A stretch of DNA of 64,000 bases from a virus: IMG/VR virus record IMGVR_UViG_3300021365_000003. One strand, 5' to 3'. The position numbers and the translations under genes are program-made. Position 1 is the stretch's first letter, and each line of letters opens with the position of its first letter. The notes under the pieces are model-generated. The model was not told the origin of the DNA and made no database searches. It saw nothing but the letters and a program-made list of their open reading frames with translations. Of the stretch, positions 10,748 through 20,463 are shown piece by piece.

Positions 10748-11908
10748 ATGAAGTTCTATCAGTTTAAGCAAAACGACGTGGTTGACCAACTCCGGGTGGT
10801 CAACCCGTCGTGTTCCTTTTTTATAAACGATAGAACTGTATACTATAACGGAGAATCAAACAGCTCAGCATCATTAGGAACTACTATCAACAGCGTTCCA
10901 TCAGGTTTTGTTTCTCTTTACGAAATGAATGTTGATCGTGCTGACACCAACTTGATCTATCCTGCGATTACAAAAGCGGGATCTTTAGATAACTTTAAAA
11001 CCATTAGCACGGCTTCTTTCTGGGTAGATAGCTACGGAGACGAACTATCCGGAACCTACCCTCTTTCTGCCAGTATCACAAGAAACTTCTATACGGGATC
11101 CGACGAACGAGGGCAGATAAAGGCTTTAAAAAATACTCTAAACAGACGCAGGCTTTATTCTAACCATTTTGCGTATTCTTCATCGCTTGGGGATAAGGAC
11201 ACACAGGATATAGCGCTTATTGATGTCCCTTCCATCTTCTTTGGTTCAGGAATGAAGGCGGATACTCTGAAACTAGACTTCTATGTCACTGGAACGCTCA
11301 CAGGGCGCTTAGAAGCAAACGCTAAGGGAGAGTTAGTCCAAACTCTACCAATAGACACAAACACCGGTTCAGTTGCTGGCGTGATATTAAGAGACATGGG
11401 CGCTATCTTGCTTACTGGTTCTTGGAATGTCACAACCGACAACATTGATAACTATGACCAGGACGGAAGCGAAGAAAGTTTTAGGTGGTATTATTATGCA
11501 GCCGGGATCCAGGGGAATGTATCATACGCTAGTACTGCACTGCCGTCCTCCTCTTTCCATCTTCATTTTGAATCCACCAGCGAAGTCAATACAAAACTAA
11601 TGTTTTGCACAGCGCCTCGTGGAGAGTTAAACCAATCTGAGAATCCAACATTTTATACAAAAGATAGTCACAAGCCTATAGAGTTTACTGGATCTGTTAG
11701 CAGTTTTAAAGAGCCGGAAAGAATAATAAAAAATATAGCATCGGCATCTTATCAAGATCCAACAGCCCCATTTGAGAAAACAACTTATATATCTAAAATA
11801 GGCTTATACGATGAAGATAAAAACCTTATTGCAATTGCTTCTTTAGCCAGACCTGTAAAGAAAACTGAATCTAGAGATATAACTTTCAAACTAAAGCTTG
11901 ACATCTAA
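10748..11908 (+). CDS. Virion structural protein, paralog of 9721..10746
   Basis: C-terminal LNQSENPTF..YISKIGLYDEDKNLIAIASLARPVKK..KLKLDI. Confidence 0.6.
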   Translation: MKFYQFKQNDVVDQLRVVNPSCSFFINDRTVYYNGESNSSASLGTTINSVPSGFVSLYEMNVDRADTNLIYPAITKAGSLDNFKTISTASFWVDSYGDELSGTYPLSASITRNFYTGSDERGQIKALKNTLNRRRLYSNHFAYSSSLGDKDTQDIALIDVPSIFFGSGMKADTLKLDFYVTGTLTGRLEANAKGELVQTLPIDTNTGSVAGVILRDMGAILLTGSWNVTTDNIDNYDQDGSEESFRWYYYAAGIQGNVSYASTALPSSSFHLHFESTSEVNTKLMFCTAPRGELNQSENPTFYTKDSHKPIEFTGSVSSFKEPERIIKNIASASYQDPTAPFEKTTYISKIGLYDEDKNLIAIASLARPVKKTESRDITFKLKLDI

Positions 11909-11926
11909 TAAAATACGTGATAAGAT
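11898..11926 (+). promoter_or_regulatory. Sigma70-type promoter TTGACA-N17-TAAGAT (extended -10 TG)
   Basis: Consensus -35 and 17-bp spacer; the ATG at 11933 lies 7 nt after the -10. Confidence 0.65.
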
Positions 11927-11932
11927 CATTAT

Positions 11933-12451
11933 ATGATTTTAGGTTTAGATATAAGTACAAGTATAACAGGTATAACGTTATTAGATTATAATAATAACAT
12001 TATTTTAAATGATTCTATAGATCTTCGTAAGTATAAGAACTTCTTTTTAAAGAGTGAAAAAGTTGCTGAGTATTTTAAAAGTCTTTCTCAAGAACCAGAT
12101 AAGATTTTTATTGAGCAATCTTTACAATCTTTTCGGTCGGGATTTAGCTCAGCTGCAACTCTTTCTACTCTCTCTCGCTTTAATGGCGTTGTCTCTTGGC
12201 TTGCTTATAAGGAATGGTCCCTAGAGCCAGGATACATTGCCGCAACCTCGGCTCGAAAACTTGCCGGCATCAAAATAAAAAAGGGAACACCGGCAAAGAA
12301 ACAAGTCCTGCAACATTTGCTTGACACGGAGCCCTCATTCGTGGTAGAGTATACAAGACATGGCAATCCCAAGCCCGACACTTTCGATCGGGCTGATTCA
12401 CTTATCATTGCCAGGGCGGGACTACAACTATGCACGGACGAGAAAAACTAA
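11933..12451 (+). CDS. ruvC: RuvC-like Holliday junction resolvase
   Basis: ILGLDISTSITG, IFIE and DRADS catalytic acidic motifs of the RNase H-fold resolvases. Confidence 0.8.
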   Translation: MILGLDISTSITGITLLDYNNNIILNDSIDLRKYKNFFLKSEKVAEYFKSLSQEPDKIFIEQSLQSFRSGFSSAATLSTLSRFNGVVSWLAYKEWSLEPGYIAATSARKLAGIKIKKGTPAKKQVLQHLLDTEPSFVVEYTRHGNPKPDTFDRADSLIIARAGLQLCTDEKN

Positions 12452-13386
12452 ACATTATAAAACAAGCGTTAGGACATTCTTACAGGTCGGGCGGTGAATT
12501 TTTATTTCACTGCCCTTTTTGTAACCACCACAAACCAAAGCTTTCACTAAATGTTGAAAAAAATGTATATAAGTGTTGGGTATGCGACGCATCAGGGCGA
12601 AACATTCGTCGTTTGGTCAAGAAATTTGGTAACTGGTCGCTTCTAAAAGAGTGGGATCGGTTCTCAAGAAAGATTGACTTTTCTGAATTTGACGAAAAGC
12701 TTTTATTTGAGATCTCAGATGAAGAAGAACAGCAGGTGGTTCAGCTTCCAAAAGAATACCAAGCGCTTCATAAAAGAGAAATACCTCTAACTTTGCGACG
12801 ACCACTCAACTATCTACGCTCCAGAGGTTTGACTGATTTTGATCTTGCTTATTGGAAGGTTGGCTTTTGTGAGAAGGGCATCTATAAAGACCGTTTGGTT
12901 GTTCCATCCTTTGGGGATAGTGGCTCGCCAAACTATTTTATTACCAGGGCCTTCGATAAAAGCGTATGGCCGGCTTATAAAAACCCAAAAGCCAGCCGCA
13001 ACATTGTATTTAACGAACTCTTTATCGATTGGGACCAAGACATTGTGATTACAGAAGGTGTTTTTGACGCTATTGTCTCCGGCCCTAACTCAGTCCCTCT
13101 CCTTGGTTCTACAATGACCGAGAACTCGTTGCTGCTTCGCAAACTTATTGAGAACGATAGCACGGTGTATCTGGCCTTAGATCCAGATGCATACGAAAAA
13201 GAACTAAAGATTATGAAACTTCTACTTGATTTCGAGGTAGAAGTCTTTAAGGTTGACTTATCCGGCTTTAATGACTTGGGAGAAATGCCCAAAAACGAAT
13301 TTTCACTGCGAAAGAAAAAAGCAGCACCTATCCTACAACAGGATTTATTCGAATTAACAGCAAGAAACTTATTGGAGGCGATTTAA
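12430..13386 (+). CDS. dnaG: DNA primase (Zn-binding + TOPRIM)
   Basis: CPFCNH..CWVC zinc finger; ITEGVFDA and LDPD TOPRIM motifs. Confidence 0.88.
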   Translation: MHGREKLNIIKQALGHSYRSGGEFLFHCPFCNHHKPKLSLNVEKNVYKCWVCDASGRNIRRLVKKFGNWSLLKEWDRFSRKIDFSEFDEKLLFEISDEEEQQVVQLPKEYQALHKREIPLTLRRPLNYLRSRGLTDFDLAYWKVGFCEKGIYKDRLVVPSFGDSGSPNYFITRAFDKSVWPAYKNPKASRNIVFNELFIDWDQDIVITEGVFDAIVSGPNSVPLLGSTMTENSLLLRKLIENDSTVYLALDPDAYEKELKIMKLLLDFEVEVFKVDLSGFNDLGEMPKNEFSLRKKKAAPILQQDLFELTARNLLEAI

Positions 13387-16300
13387 TGCGTTTTGCACAA
13401 ATCTCAGACACACACATCCGAAATTATAAATACCAAAAAGAGTATCGACAAGTATTTTCACAACTTTATAAAACTTTAAAAGAAGAAAATGTCGACTTTA
13501 TTATTCACACAGGGGACATCGCACACACAAAGACCCAGATTTCACCCGAATTTGTTGAGTTAGCATCAGACTTTCTATCAAGTTTGGCTGATATTGCGCC
13601 AACTTATGTTCTTTTGGGCAATCACGATGGAAATCTAAAGAACTCAGCACGCCAAGATGCCCTAACCCCCATTGTTCAGAATCTAAAACACCCGGATCTA
13701 CATCTTTTCAAGGGCTATGAGCAAGTAAACCTCTCAGAAAAGTTTGTTTTACACGCTATGTGCGTTTTTGATGACCAAGCCAGCTGGAATCTTGAGCCCG
13801 ATCAGGACTTTATTAACATTGCCCTACACCACGGCGCTGTTCGAGGGTCTGAAACAGATATTGGATGGGTTCTAGAGGGTGAAGTGAACCTAGAAACGTT
13901 TGAGAACTTTGATTATGGCTTTTTTGGGGACATTCACAAGACAAACCAACTATTGGACGACCACGGACGCTTCCGATACCCAGGATCTACAATTCAGCAG
14001 AACTTTGGAGAGTCAAACGACAAAGGTTTTCTTGTTTGGGACATTAAAGACAAAGAAAGTTTTACTTGTAAGCACATTCCTGTCTCCAACCCCAAGCCTT
14101 TCATCACAATCAAGCTTACAAAGACCGGAAGACTACCAAGAGGCACTAATATCCCATCAGGTGCCCGAGTTCGTCTTATTTCAGAGCACAATCACCCGAT
14201 CTCAACCCTGAAAAAGGCTGCCGATGTGGTAAGAACCAAGTTCAAGCCTGAATCGGTTGCTTTTCTCAACCGGTTTTCGGGCGCTCGTGGGTCAGCCACC
14301 TCCGCACACGCAGAAAGAATGAACATGCGTGACGCCAAGGTCCAAGAAAGATTAATGGAAGAGTATCTTGCGGATTATGAGTTAGATAAAGAGCAACTAG
14401 CACAAGTTTTCGCCCTAAATAAGCAGATCTCGACTCTTATCAACGAAGACGAGGAAACAAAGCGAAACATTCATTGGAATCTAGACAAATTTAAGTTTGA
14501 TAACCTTTTTAACTATGGAGAAGACAACTCAATTGACTTTGCGAAACTAAATGGTATTATTGGTATCTTTGGTAAGAACTATTCAGGAAAGTCTTCTATT
14601 ATTGATAGTATTCTATACGCTATTTTCAATTCCAGCTCAAAGTCGGTGCGCAAGAACGTTGATTTGATTAACCAAAACAAAGAACACGCCACAGGAGAGG
14701 TTCAGTTTTCTATTGGAGACAAGGTTTTTACTATCAAACGTGAGGGAAAGAAGTATATCAAACGCTTACACGGAAAGGCAAGCATTGAGGCAAAGACAGA
14801 TCTAACTTTTTCTGTATTTGATCCGGCCACCGGTGAAACCGAATGCCTAAACGGGCAGACAAGAAACGGAACCGACGCAAACATTCGCCGCTATCTTGGA
14901 ACACTAGACGACTTTCTACTAACGTCAATGATTTCCCAGATGAACTCACTAAACTTTATCAATGAAGGTACAACAAAGCGCAAAGAAATCCTCGCAAAGT
15001 TCCTTGACCTTGAGATCTTAGATAAAAAGTTTAAGAAAGCAAAAGAAATCTCACAAGATAAGCGTGCCTTGGTAAAGGGGCTAGAAGGTGTTGACTATGA
15101 TGCTCAGATTGAGGAAGAGCAAGCAGAACTTGAGACGCTCAAAGAAAAGATCTTGTCTGTAAAACTTCACTGTAATGAACTAAACGTTATTTTAGATGGC
15201 CTCAAACAAGAAAAGAGCAAGATCCAGCACCAAGTAGATTCCCAGAAAGAGATCGACATTAACATTGAAAGTGTTTTGAGCGAGATCAAAAACTTAGAAT
15301 CTAAAAAAACAACCTTAGAGGGTGAAATAAAAGAAATCTCAGTTCGCATTGAGCAGTGTGAGATTTTCATCCAGGACTTTGATCTAGAAAGGGTCTTAGG
15401 GCGCAAGGAGGTCCATTCTGAGACACTCAAACAACTTACAGACCTCACAGTAGTGCTAAAAGAAAGAAAGCGGGAGAAGGCCGACATAGAGGACAAACAA
15501 AGGCTACTTTCTTCTGTTCCTTGCGGCGATCAGTTTCCCACTTGCCGCTTTATCAAAGATGCCCACGAAGCAGTCGGCTCTTTTGATGTTGTCGAGCAAG
15601 CAATCAAAGGTTTGGAAGGCAATGTAGAGGAGCGTGAAAATGAAATCAAGAAACTCAACATTGATGAGGCCAACGATCTTCTAAGCAAGTATGATAACAT
15701 TGTAGCAGCCAAAGAAGACACCGAAAACCGCCTCAAGAACAAGGAAATGGAGCTAAAAATGGCTCAAATGTCCTTGACCGCCCTTTTGGCCAAGAAGGAA
15801 ACATACGAGAAGAACGAAGCAGAGATCAAAAAGATCTTAAAACTCAAAGAGCAACTAACTGTTACATCTAGAACAATCAAGAACACTCAAAGTGACTGTG
15901 ATAGTTGCAACGATGACCTTTTAGAACTTCTTGGAGATGAAGCAGGAGCAAAAGCAAGGATTGACTTAGCGAACCAAACAAAAGCAAAGCTCAAAAAAGC
16001 AAGAGAAGAATATTCTACATTTGTTTATTTTATGCGTTGTGTTCATCCAAACGGGATCCCTTATGATGTAACAAAGAAAATGCTACCAGTTATCAATGAA
16101 GAGATCGAGAAGGTACTTTCTGATGTTGTTGATTTCCAAGTATTCTTTGAGGAAGACGGAAACAAACTAAACATCTTTATCAAGCACTCAAAGTTTGACG
16201 CAAGGCCAATCGAACTAGGATCAGGAGCAGAAAAGACTATTGCCGCAACAGCTATTCGCTTAGGGCTTCTAAATGTTTCTTCTTTGCCCATTCCAAACTT

Positions 16301-16490
16301 TGCCGTGCTGGACGAACCGGCAACAGCACTCGACGCCGAGAACATGGATGGCTTTATCAAGATCCTTCAAATGTATCGTGAAAACTTTGAAACAGTATTC
16401 CTTATTTCTCACCTAGATTCTCTTAAAGACATTGTTGATGATGAAGTAATAATCCAGAAGAAGGAGGGATACGCTTTTGTAAATGTCTAA
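13386..16490 (+). CDS. Fused Mre11/SbcD (gp47-like) nuclease - Rad50/SbcC (gp46-like) ATPase
   Basis: SDTH, HTGD, LGNHD, HHG, GDIH phosphoesterase motifs; Walker A GKNYSGKS; coiled coil; signature LGSGAEK, VLDEP, ALD, ISH. Confidence 0.9.
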   Translation: MRFAQISDTHIRNYKYQKEYRQVFSQLYKTLKEENVDFIIHTGDIAHTKTQISPEFVELASDFLSSLADIAPTYVLLGNHDGNLKNSARQDALTPIVQNLKHPDLHLFKGYEQVNLSEKFVLHAMCVFDDQASWNLEPDQDFINIALHHGAVRGSETDIGWVLEGEVNLETFENFDYGFFGDIHKTNQLLDDHGRFRYPGSTIQQNFGESNDKGFLVWDIKDKESFTCKHIPVSNPKPFITIKLTKTGRLPRGTNIPSGARVRLISEHNHPISTLKKAADVVRTKFKPESVAFLNRFSGARGSATSAHAERMNMRDAKVQERLMEEYLADYELDKEQLAQVFALNKQISTLINEDEETKRNIHWNLDKFKFDNLFNYGEDNSIDFAKLNGIIGIFGKNYSGKSSIIDSILYAIFNSSSKSVRKNVDLINQNKEHATGEVQFSIGDKVFTIKREGKKYIKRLHGKASIEAKTDLTFSVFDPATGETECLNGQTRNGTDANIRRYLGTLDDFLLTSMISQMNSLNFINEGTTKRKEILAKFLDLEILDKKFKKAKEISQDKRALVKGLEGVDYDAQIEEEQAELETLKEKILSVKLHCNELNVILDGLKQEKSKIQHQVDSQKEIDINIESVLSEIKNLESKKTTLEGEIKEISVRIEQCEIFIQDFDLERVLGRKEVHSETLKQLTDLTVVLKERKREKADIEDKQRLLSSVPCGDQFPTCRFIKDAHEAVGSFDVVEQAIKGLEGNVEERENEIKKLNIDEANDLLSKYDNIVAAKEDTENRLKNKEMELKMAQMSLTALLAKKETYEKNEAEIKKILKLKEQLTVTSRTIKNTQSDCDSCNDDLLELLGDEAGAKARIDLANQTKAKLKKAREEYSTFVYFMRCVHPNGIPYDVTKKMLPVINEEIEKVLSDVVDFQVFFEEDGNKLNIFIKHSKFDARPIELGSGAEKTIAATAIRLGLLNVSSLPIPNFAVLDEPATALDAENMDGFIKILQMYRENFETVFLISHLDSLKDIVDDEVIIQKKEGYAFVNV

Positions 16491-16499
16491 CTATTTATA
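16490..16499 (+). promoter_or_regulatory. Putative late promoter motif ACTATTTATA
   Basis: Repeated intergenic motif followed by AAGGAG RBS. Confidence 0.7.
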
Positions 16500-16519
16500 G
16501 TAACAAAGGAGAAATAGTA

Positions 16520-16738
16520 ATGGCATGTAAAAATTGTAGCTGTATAACAGTTGATACTGAAAAGGGATTTCTAGACAGAGTTGTAGAAAAAGCTATAAGC
16601 AGAAAGTTTCTTGCTTGGATCACAGCAACCGGGCTTTTAGCTTTTGCCGATCTTACATCTGCAGACTGGGTTACGATCACTGCCATCTTTATCGGCTCAC
16701 AAGCTGCTGTTGATGCGGTAGCAAAACTTCGCTCATAA
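16520..16738 (+). CDS. Holin-like small membrane protein
   Basis: 72 aa; SRKF motif followed by two hydrophobic segments; late motif upstream. Confidence 0.55.
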   Translation: MACKNCSCITVDTEKGFLDRVVEKAISRKFLAWITATGLLAFADLTSADWVTITAIFIGSQAAVDAVAKLRS

Positions 16739-16741
16739 TAA

Positions 16742-17587
16742 ATGGACTTTGGCATTAAGGATATATTTTTAGTTGCCCTTCTTTTGATCGTCTTTGGGGT
16801 GGCCGCTGGCTCAATCTTCAACAAGAAGCAAAACCAGAGCCTTATCAACGAACTACAAAATAACCTTGCTGCCGCCCAAGGATCAATCGAGATCTTGGAA
16901 GGTGTAGAGTTTAGATTAGCACAAGATCTATCCTTTAAAGAAAGACAAATAGCCAACCTTCTAGGGGAAAATACCAGACTTGACGACGCAGCCAAGGAAT
17001 TAGAAGGAAAGTTAGTTTTTCTAACTCAAGTAAATGCTACACTAAGAGAAAAGATTGAGTTTACCAGCAATGATGAAGACTCTACTGCGACTACAACTGT
17101 TATAGAGTATCGTTGTGATGAAGAAACAACAAACACAACAATAACAGAAGAAACTGAGGGTATACCAAACCTAAGAGTCGACTTTGACTTAGAAAACTCA
17201 GGTTATAGAGTTTTGGGTTTTACGGAAAGCAACCCTCCGCACGCAGAACTATCCTTATCTCAACTTAGTCCTTTTGTATTAGACTTAGCGCTAAATCAAG
17301 GACCAGATGGGGGATGGAGCGCTATAGCAGCCGAACAAACAAACCGGTTGGAAATAGAGATAGGCGAGCTTATCGTGAATAGCAGACGTCTAAGAGAGCG
17401 TTGGTATGAAAGGTTTGGAGTGGGCATTGCTGTAGACGCCGGCTTAGGCACTTTTGCAGTTGGCCCAGCCCTTCACTTAGAGACAAGAACACTTGATTAT
17501 AGTGTGAATACTACTTATGATATAACAAACCAATCTGTTATTGGCGGCTTGACTATTACGTATCGGCCTTTCAGGAGAAGAAGATGA
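16742..17587 (+). CDS. Membrane-anchored coiled-coil protein, spanin-like
   Basis: N-terminal TM helix, coiled coil, C-terminal amphipathic beta strands; adjacent to the holin-like gene. Confidence 0.45.
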   Translation: MDFGIKDIFLVALLLIVFGVAAGSIFNKKQNQSLINELQNNLAAAQGSIEILEGVEFRLAQDLSFKERQIANLLGENTRLDDAAKELEGKLVFLTQVNATLREKIEFTSNDEDSTATTTVIEYRCDEETTNTTITEETEGIPNLRVDFDLENSGYRVLGFTESNPPHAELSLSQLSPFVLDLALNQGPDGGWSAIAAEQTNRLEIEIGELIVNSRRLRERWYERFGVGIAVDAGLGTFAVGPALHLETRTLDYSVNTTYDITNQSVIGGLTITYRPFRRRR

Positions 17588-17769
17588 GTATCAAAGACAT
17601 TATAGAAGAAATAACTAAAAAACTTGTTGATGAAACAATAAAAAAAGTTGATGATGAGTATGTTGTTTATCCAAAAAAAGGCGGCGATCGTCTTGGAACA
17701 CACAAAACCAAGAAAGCAGCCAAAAAACAACTTGCCGCCATAGAAATAAACAAGGCAAAGAGAGGATAG
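17584..17769 (+). CDS. Small basic hypothetical protein
   Basis: ATGA overlap with upstream gene; LGTHKTKKAAKKQLAAIE. Confidence 0.6.
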   Translation: MSIKDIIEEITKKLVDETIKKVDDEYVVYPKKGGDRLGTHKTKKAAKKQLAAIEINKAKRG

Positions 17770-17772
17770 TAA

Positions 17773-18606
17773 ATGTTTCAGCAGTTTTGGAAAATATTTG
17801 AGTCTGCAGAAAAAGAAAGAAGCGCTTTGCAGCAAGAACAGAAAAATAAACGCTCTCTACAAAAAGAAGAAATAAGAAAGGCAGTCTTGTCCAAAGAAAC
17901 CTTCAAACAACACGACGGCTTATCATCCAAGGTTTGGAATGAAGACGGCCACCTAAAACTAGAAGTCAAACTTAAACTAAAAAGAATAGCAAATGCATTC
18001 CTTCGAGATCACAACATTGACCCAGACGCTGTGGAAGACATTTACTTCACTGGTTCACTGGCCGGGTACAACTATCATCCTGATTCTGATGTTGACTTAC
18101 ACATTGTGGTCGATTTTTCCAAAGTTAATCAAGACATTGACTTGGTTCGTGATCTTTTTAATTCTCGTAGATTGGTGTGGAATGAGCAACATAACATAAC
18201 CATCTTTGGCCACGAAGTTGAGATCTACATTGAGGACGTCAATGAAGTATACGACGATGAAGACCGCCCTGTATACTCAATAGCCAAAGATCAGTGGATC
18301 AAAAAGCCAAGAAAAGAAGACCGAGACTTTGATTATGATTCTGCGATGAAGAAAGCGCACTTGATTATGCATCAAATAGGTTTGGTCCGAGAGTTGATGA
18401 GCCAAGAAAAGTTTGTTGAGGCAAAACGACAAGCCATCCGCATCTTCGCAAAACTCAAAAGAATGAGAAAAGCCGGCCTTCAACGAGAGGGCGCTTACTC
18501 ACCAGAAAACATTGCTTTCAAGATTCTTCGCAAACAAGGATACATTGATCAATTAGCTCAGTATAGATCTGACTCCTATGACCTAATGATGTCCTTGTCC
18601 CAATGA
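17773..18606 (+). CDS. Pol-beta superfamily nucleotidyltransferase
   Basis: hGS-x9-DxD motif (FTGSLAGYNYHPDSDVDLHI) plus third acidic residue in EVEIYIE. Confidence 0.8.
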   Translation: MFQQFWKIFESAEKERSALQQEQKNKRSLQKEEIRKAVLSKETFKQHDGLSSKVWNEDGHLKLEVKLKLKRIANAFLRDHNIDPDAVEDIYFTGSLAGYNYHPDSDVDLHIVVDFSKVNQDIDLVRDLFNSRRLVWNEQHNITIFGHEVEIYIEDVNEVYDDEDRPVYSIAKDQWIKKPRKEDRDFDYDSAMKKAHLIMHQIGLVRELMSQEKFVEAKRQAIRIFAKLKRMRKAGLQREGAYSPENIAFKILRKQGYIDQLAQYRSDSYDLMMSLSQ

Positions 18607-19037
18607 TCAAGATCAAAATAAATAAAATGAAAAAAGACTCTAAGTTCTCAGGTCACGTTATTATTTTCAAGGACAAAGATCATTTCCTTTCGCTGAAAAG
18701 AGGTCCCAACGATCCTTGGATGCCGGGAGCGTGGTGCTCAGTTGGCGGCCACATTCACGTTGGCGAAGACATAAAAGATGGAGCTTGCCGAGAAGTAAAA
18801 GAAGAATCAAACCTGATAATAGACCCAAAAGATCTTATTGATACTAACGTTATAAAAAAGAATAGAGTTTATTTCTTTACAACAAACAAGTTTTCAGGTA
18901 AGATCCATTTAGACGGAAAAGAGCACACAGATTATAAATGGTGTTCTATAAAAGATCTAGATAGTATGGAAACAACACCAAACTTAAAAGAAATCGTATT
19001 TATTGCTAAACAAAAGGTATACAATGCTCCCACTTGA
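18603..19037 (+). CDS. NUDIX hydrolase
   Basis: Nudix box GGHIHVGEDIKDGACREVKEE; EHTDYKW motif. Confidence 0.9.
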   Translation: MIKIKINKMKKDSKFSGHVIIFKDKDHFLSLKRGPNDPWMPGAWCSVGGHIHVGEDIKDGACREVKEESNLIIDPKDLIDTNVIKKNRVYFFTTNKFSGKIHLDGKEHTDYKWCSIKDLDSMETTPNLKEIVFIAKQKVYNAPT

Positions 19038-19431
19038 TGAAAAAAAACTAAACGAAATAGCAAAACTAGAAAAAGCAATCAAAGAGCGATGGGGTGAAGA
19101 GACAATCAAGACACCTCAAAGCGGATGGGACGAGGAAAAAGAAAAAGATTATAAAGAGCAGCGAAAAGAGTTGGCTCAAAAAATCCAATCTAATGACTCC
19201 GAGACTTTAGAAGAACAAAAAGGATTTTTTATTACGAAGAGACTACTTAGTAAAGAAAGTAAAACTAAATGTCCCACTTGCTCTTCACAGATCAAGACCC
19301 TGAGAGACGAAACTTGTAAAACCAAATGGGATTCTTGTTTCAAATGTTACATTCAGTGGATTGAAGGAAGAGAAGAAAGGTGGAAAGAAGGATGGAGACC
19401 AGATGAGAATCACAAAAGAAAAACTAGTTGA
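19024..19431 (+). CDS. Hypothetical protein with Zn-finger-like CPTC..CFKC
   Basis: Two CxxC pairs; overlaps both neighbours. Confidence 0.6.
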   Translation: MLPLDEKKLNEIAKLEKAIKERWGEETIKTPQSGWDEEKEKDYKEQRKELAQKIQSNDSETLEEQKGFFITKRLLSKESKTKCPTCSSQIKTLRDETCKTKWDSCFKCYIQWIEGREERWKEGWRPDENHKRKTS

Positions 19432-19963
19432 GATAATCAAGGAAGAAATAGCCGACCTAGACGAGGCAACCCTTGGAGGTCTTTTTGGCCGTGGTAAGAA
19501 AGCCTCAACCCGAAGACCCCGAAGAGGTCCAAGTGGAGCGGATGATCTAGATGTTCGTGCTGGCGAGATTGACGCAATGGATTCAGCTGCCGGTCTCAAC
19601 AAAGGCCAAAAGAAAGCTTATAGCGCTGCGATTGCAGATGCCTCATCCGACGCTGCCAAGATGGACACAAAATCATCCCAGAAAGACTTTGAGCGTGTTA
19701 TGAAGTGGGCAAATGATAATGACATTGCCACAGAAAAAGAGATTGAGAGCGCATCTGAGAAAGACTTTGAGCGTGTTATGGGCTGGGCAAATGATAATCG
19801 CATCGCCACAGAGAAAAACATTGCACGTGCAGTAGTTGATGTAATAAAAACAATGGACAGTGGCATGATAGCCAAGATCCAAGAGCCTCTTCTTGCTGAC
19901 GATGATTTCATTGAGCAGCTAGCAAATAAGATTGCTCAATACAAGCACACTCCGGGAGAATAA
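19403..19963 (+). CDS. Putative internal head protein with LVEIIKEE leader and a 26-aa internal duplication
   Basis: GGAG RBS before ATG 19403; N-terminus MRITKEKLVEIIKEE. Confidence 0.55.
   Translation: MRITKEKLVEIIKEEIADLDEATLGGLFGRGKKASTRRPRRGPSGADDLDVRAGEIDAMDSAAGLNKGQKKAYSAAIADASSDAAKMDTKSSQKDFERVMKWANDNDIATEKEIESASEKDFERVMGWANDNRIATEKNIARAVVDVIKTMDSGMIAKIQEPLLADDDFIEQLANKIAQYKHTPGE
19680..19818 (+). repeat. Intragenic tandem duplication, 78-bp period
   Basis: GAAAGACTTTGAGCGTGTTATG..TGGGCAAATGATAAT..GCCACAGA at 19681 and 19759. Confidence 0.9.
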
Positions 19964-19966
19964 CAA

Positions 19967-20458
19967 ATGACACCAGTCCAAGCACTAGCACAAGCCGCCG
20001 CCCTAGCTTATGATGGCGGCACCGACGCCAACGGCGACCCACTCAAGATTGGTCTTCGCCGTGAAGAAGGTGATCCCATCAAAGATAGCCGCCACATGGA
20101 CGGATTCACTGTTCGGACTGCCGGCGACATTCTTACAATCACTTATCAAACAGACATCAAGCTTAAAGAAGTTTATGGTGGCGGGTTTGAGGAAGAAATG
20201 GAAAGAGTTATGGCCGACATCGCCAAATACCTAACCAATCGAGCTAGCCAGATACTTGGAAAGCGTGTTAGTCTTGGCGCAGACGGCGAAGTTGATGTAC
20301 TTGTTCAGTCAACGTCAAATGTGCGAGTTTTTGCGAATGCGATCAAGAAGTACAAAATTAACGGAATGAAAGGAATAGATGAGAACCCTCCCATTCCAGC
20401 ACAAGACAAGTTGATGGAGACTTACCGACGCTTCGCTAAGGGCGCTAGGAATCTATAA
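19967..20458 (+). CDS. Hypothetical phage protein
   Basis: GGGAG RBS; tightly packed before the terminase. Confidence 0.6.
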   Translation: MTPVQALAQAAALAYDGGTDANGDPLKIGLRREEGDPIKDSRHMDGFTVRTAGDILTITYQTDIKLKEVYGGGFEEEMERVMADIAKYLTNRASQILGKRVSLGADGEVDVLVQSTSNVRVFANAIKKYKINGMKGIDENPPIPAQDKLMETYRRFAKGARNL

Positions 20459-20463
20459 CTAGT

